From Microthyrium microscopicum (Eukaryota): DNA of 64,000 nt. This document shows, in pieces, positions 61,724-64,000 of this stretch; positions within the stretch are counted from its first letter, which is position 1, and each line of letters begins with the position of its first letter. Below the pieces are notes generated by a model. That model had not been told where the DNA came from and did not search any database. It worked only from the letters and a program-made list of their open reading frames with translations. The stretch spans positions 1,708,627-1,772,626 of the forward strand of contig MU004230.1 in assembly GCA_010405405.1 (NCBI GenBank), given 5' to 3'. The translations under genes were made by a program, and so were the position numbers.

Positions 61724-61921
61724 TGAGATTGTCTTATGCTGTTGTATATGGAGGCGTTGATGGGGATTGAGCTTATCGGGACGAACAGAGAAGAGAGGAA
61801 ACATGTTTAAGGAGAGCATACTTTATAGAAATGGATTATAGGTGAGTCGAGTACTTCACATCTTAATAGACCATCACCCTTGACATCAACGATTCAGTCC
61901 TCCATGGCATCCAATCATTCG

Positions 61922-62194
61922 CTATATCGTTTTCCAAGGGTCCACCCAATCGTACGTTACATCACGATCACCTCGTCCATCATCTCCATAGTGCCACTGT
62001 AGCCAGTCTTGGTTATTGCTATAACCTCCTTCAGAACCGTTACCTTGGTTATGAGAACAAGGAGCAGGAGACTGTATCTGGCCCAGAAAATTCGGAGGCT
62101 CACATAATGACCCTCTCCAATGGAGCTGACCGCAAGGAGTCACTCGAGGTTCCTCGCGCCCACAACGACATACTATGCGGTAAACTTGGCACAT
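61922..62194 (-). CDS. 90-aa Cys-rich micro-protein (MCQVYRIVCRCGREEPRVTPC...GSLC...PCSH)
   Basis: Same MC..C..PC..C spacing as its neighbour; minus-strand TATAAA at 62294-62299; AAGATG context. Confidence 0.55.
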   Translation of the reverse strand: MCQVYRIVCRCGREEPRVTPCGQLHWRGSLCEPPNFLGQIQSPAPCSHNQGNGSEGGYSNNQDWLQWHYGDDGRGDRDVTYDWVDPWKTI

Positions 62195-62649
62195 CTTACG
62201 CAGTCTATTTCTATGATGGACTTATGTTAAATAGAAGGTTTGCTTCATAGGAGTGGACAGGCAGAAGAGGGTTGAGCTTATAGGAGCGGCGTATTTATAG
62301 GCAGAGTTGCTAAGTGAAAGTATTATATTCAACAGACGTAAAGACACATAGTTGGGGTAAAAGTTGTTCAACAGAATGAAGTTCACGTTTATGACAGGCA
62401 GGTACCTGTCGAGTTAAAAGCCCATAAAAGGTCTTTGATGAAATGTAAATAGAAGCACTGAATTTCGGATCATTGTGAAAATCAAACTATGACATGTTTA
62501 TTAGTGATAAATAGCATCATAGCTGGGCGAGAGCACATATCTGGCAGCCCGTGACAAGTGTTTAGATCCATAGAATACATGTCTATACTCCAGTGTTGGT
62601 AGAAGCAGACGTCCACTGAGGGTTGGTAGCATAGTACTCTTGATATGCA

Positions 62650-63417
62650 CTATGTTTGGAGCCGCTGGTTCGAGCCAGAGTCTGGGATAAACAGTCGGTC
62701 CATCCTCGTGTTCAGAATATACTTGATAACCCGTCGCTCGGCCTTCTTCTTGCAGTCAACTGTGCGTCTCAAAGAGCACACTGGCATCGCAATCCCGATA
62801 ACTTTCGGTTGTCCTAGAAGATTTGCTCCTGGCCCAATGTAATGCATGATCGTCTTATGGTATATAGCTGTAGCCTTGGAACCACAGACGACACAAGAAG
62901 CTCCTCGTTTACTGGCGAGGATATAACGATCGTGTTTGTAGACGACTTGAGTAACAAAGTCCCTGATTTTGCCTTCCTGTGATTCAACTCTGGCTCTGTC
63001 CGGGTCCAGCGCTTCCTCCTCTTCACCGATGAGATTTCTGCAACGGTCGAGGGCAGGCTCAAGATAATCGGCGGCTTCTTGCATCTCGTCGCCAATACGG
63101 ATAAGCGAAGGAAAGCTATAAAAATTGAATTTGTCAATTGGGCCTCGCTTTTCGACTTGGAGTTCCTTGAGGGTCGTTTCATATTCTTCAACTCGATGTT
63201 CGCTCTCGGCGATTCTACGATAGGTTTCGCATTTGCCGGTCTCATCGATGGAGTCACCAGATGGGTCTAGAAACAGCTCGAGAGCAGCCTGTTCGATGTA
63301 TAGAAAGACATCGAACACTTCGGTGTTGTTCTTCTCGTCAGGATTAGGCGTACCAATGGCGATGTTGACTTCGACGCGTATAGCATCAACTAACGTGGCT
63401 GAGGAACGGCGACTCAT
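62650..63417 (-). CDS. Hypothetical 255-aa protein with C-terminal CxxC...PVC...C putative zinc ribbon
   Basis: Uninterrupted ORF with protein-like composition; CVVCGSKAT and MPVC..C motifs. Confidence 0.6.
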   Translation of the reverse strand: MSRRSSATLVDAIRVEVNIAIGTPNPDEKNNTEVFDVFLYIEQAALELFLDPSGDSIDETGKCETYRRIAESEHRVEEYETTLKELQVEKRGPIDKFNFYSFPSLIRIGDEMQEAADYLEPALDRCRNLIGEEEEALDPDRARVESQEGKIRDFVTQVVYKHDRYILASKRGASCVVCGSKATAIYHKTIMHYIGPGANLLGQPKVIGIAMPVCSLRRTVDCKKKAERRVIKYILNTRMDRLFIPDSGSNQRLQT

Positions 63418-64000
63418 TTTGACTTATGGGAAATGTTGGGCTTGGGTGGTTTGATCCGTGGTTTGGGCTCTTGGATAGTCAGTGGCCATCATGGAGGTTT
63501 ATGTAGACTAAGCTGGGAGAGCCACTGTATATCACAATCACTTCACTTGTTATAGAAGAGTCTCTAGAGATATGAATCACGGGCCAGACTGACTGATCAT
63601 GGGCTGTGTGAATGGATAGCATGGAGCATCTAAGGAGTGAATCGCTGCAAATCAGCTGCCCTGCAGTCAGCGTACGAAAGACTTTCATCAGTTAGCTTTA
63701 TTCATAAGTCCAACTTACAGTCGACTTAATCTGCGCAAACCTAACTTTCAAGTAATTGTAGACCCCTCTGACATCTTTGAAGTGACTTGAGAAGCATCGT
63801 TTTGGCATATCAATAACCTTGAGCACTGGATCATGCAACACAGAATGGAGTATCAGTACAGGCATTAAGTACCTTATTCTACGCTTCAGACTTATTTCAA
63901 AGAGACGGATTTACAGTATAACCTTCTCGCTGGAGCGTTTATGGTTGGTTATGGTCGTCTCATCTGCTCCAGCTCATGGCTGAACCCCAAGTTCCGAAGA

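Overview
Gene-dense eukaryotic DNA from a filamentous ascomycete (Pezizomycotina). Evidence: short GT-AG introns with CTAAC/CTGAC branch points and fungal-type genes; the absence of a MAT locus beside SLA2 tentatively suggests Dothideomycetes. It holds about 25 protein genes, mostly conserved housekeeping genes: TDA10-like kinase, RSC4-like bromodomain protein, CaM kinase, KEX2, UBE3D/Ipa1-like, RPN10, borealin-like, SltA/Ace1, LMBR1-like, HSP70, CDC45, SLA2, SLU7, RPT1 and PMT4. An accessory patch at about 33.6-39.9 kb contains a TA-flanked MITE, an MFS pseudogene and an orphan F-box/LRR-like gene. The main unexplained signals are: (1) the 491-nt HSP70 intron, filled with three tandem self-complementary units carrying ten CCATCG motifs and enclosed by a long-range stem with alternative pairing registers; (2) an intronic H/ACA snoRNA candidate in the Ipa1/UBE3D-like gene whose pocket fits U2 snRNA Psi42 (snR81-like); (3) three related Cys/His micro-proteins, each about 90-100 nt downstream of a TATA box; (4) an SltA/Ace1 gene whose three introns are all 3n and stop-free. 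All exon structures and RNA folds were worked out by eye and need computational or RNA-seq confirmation.
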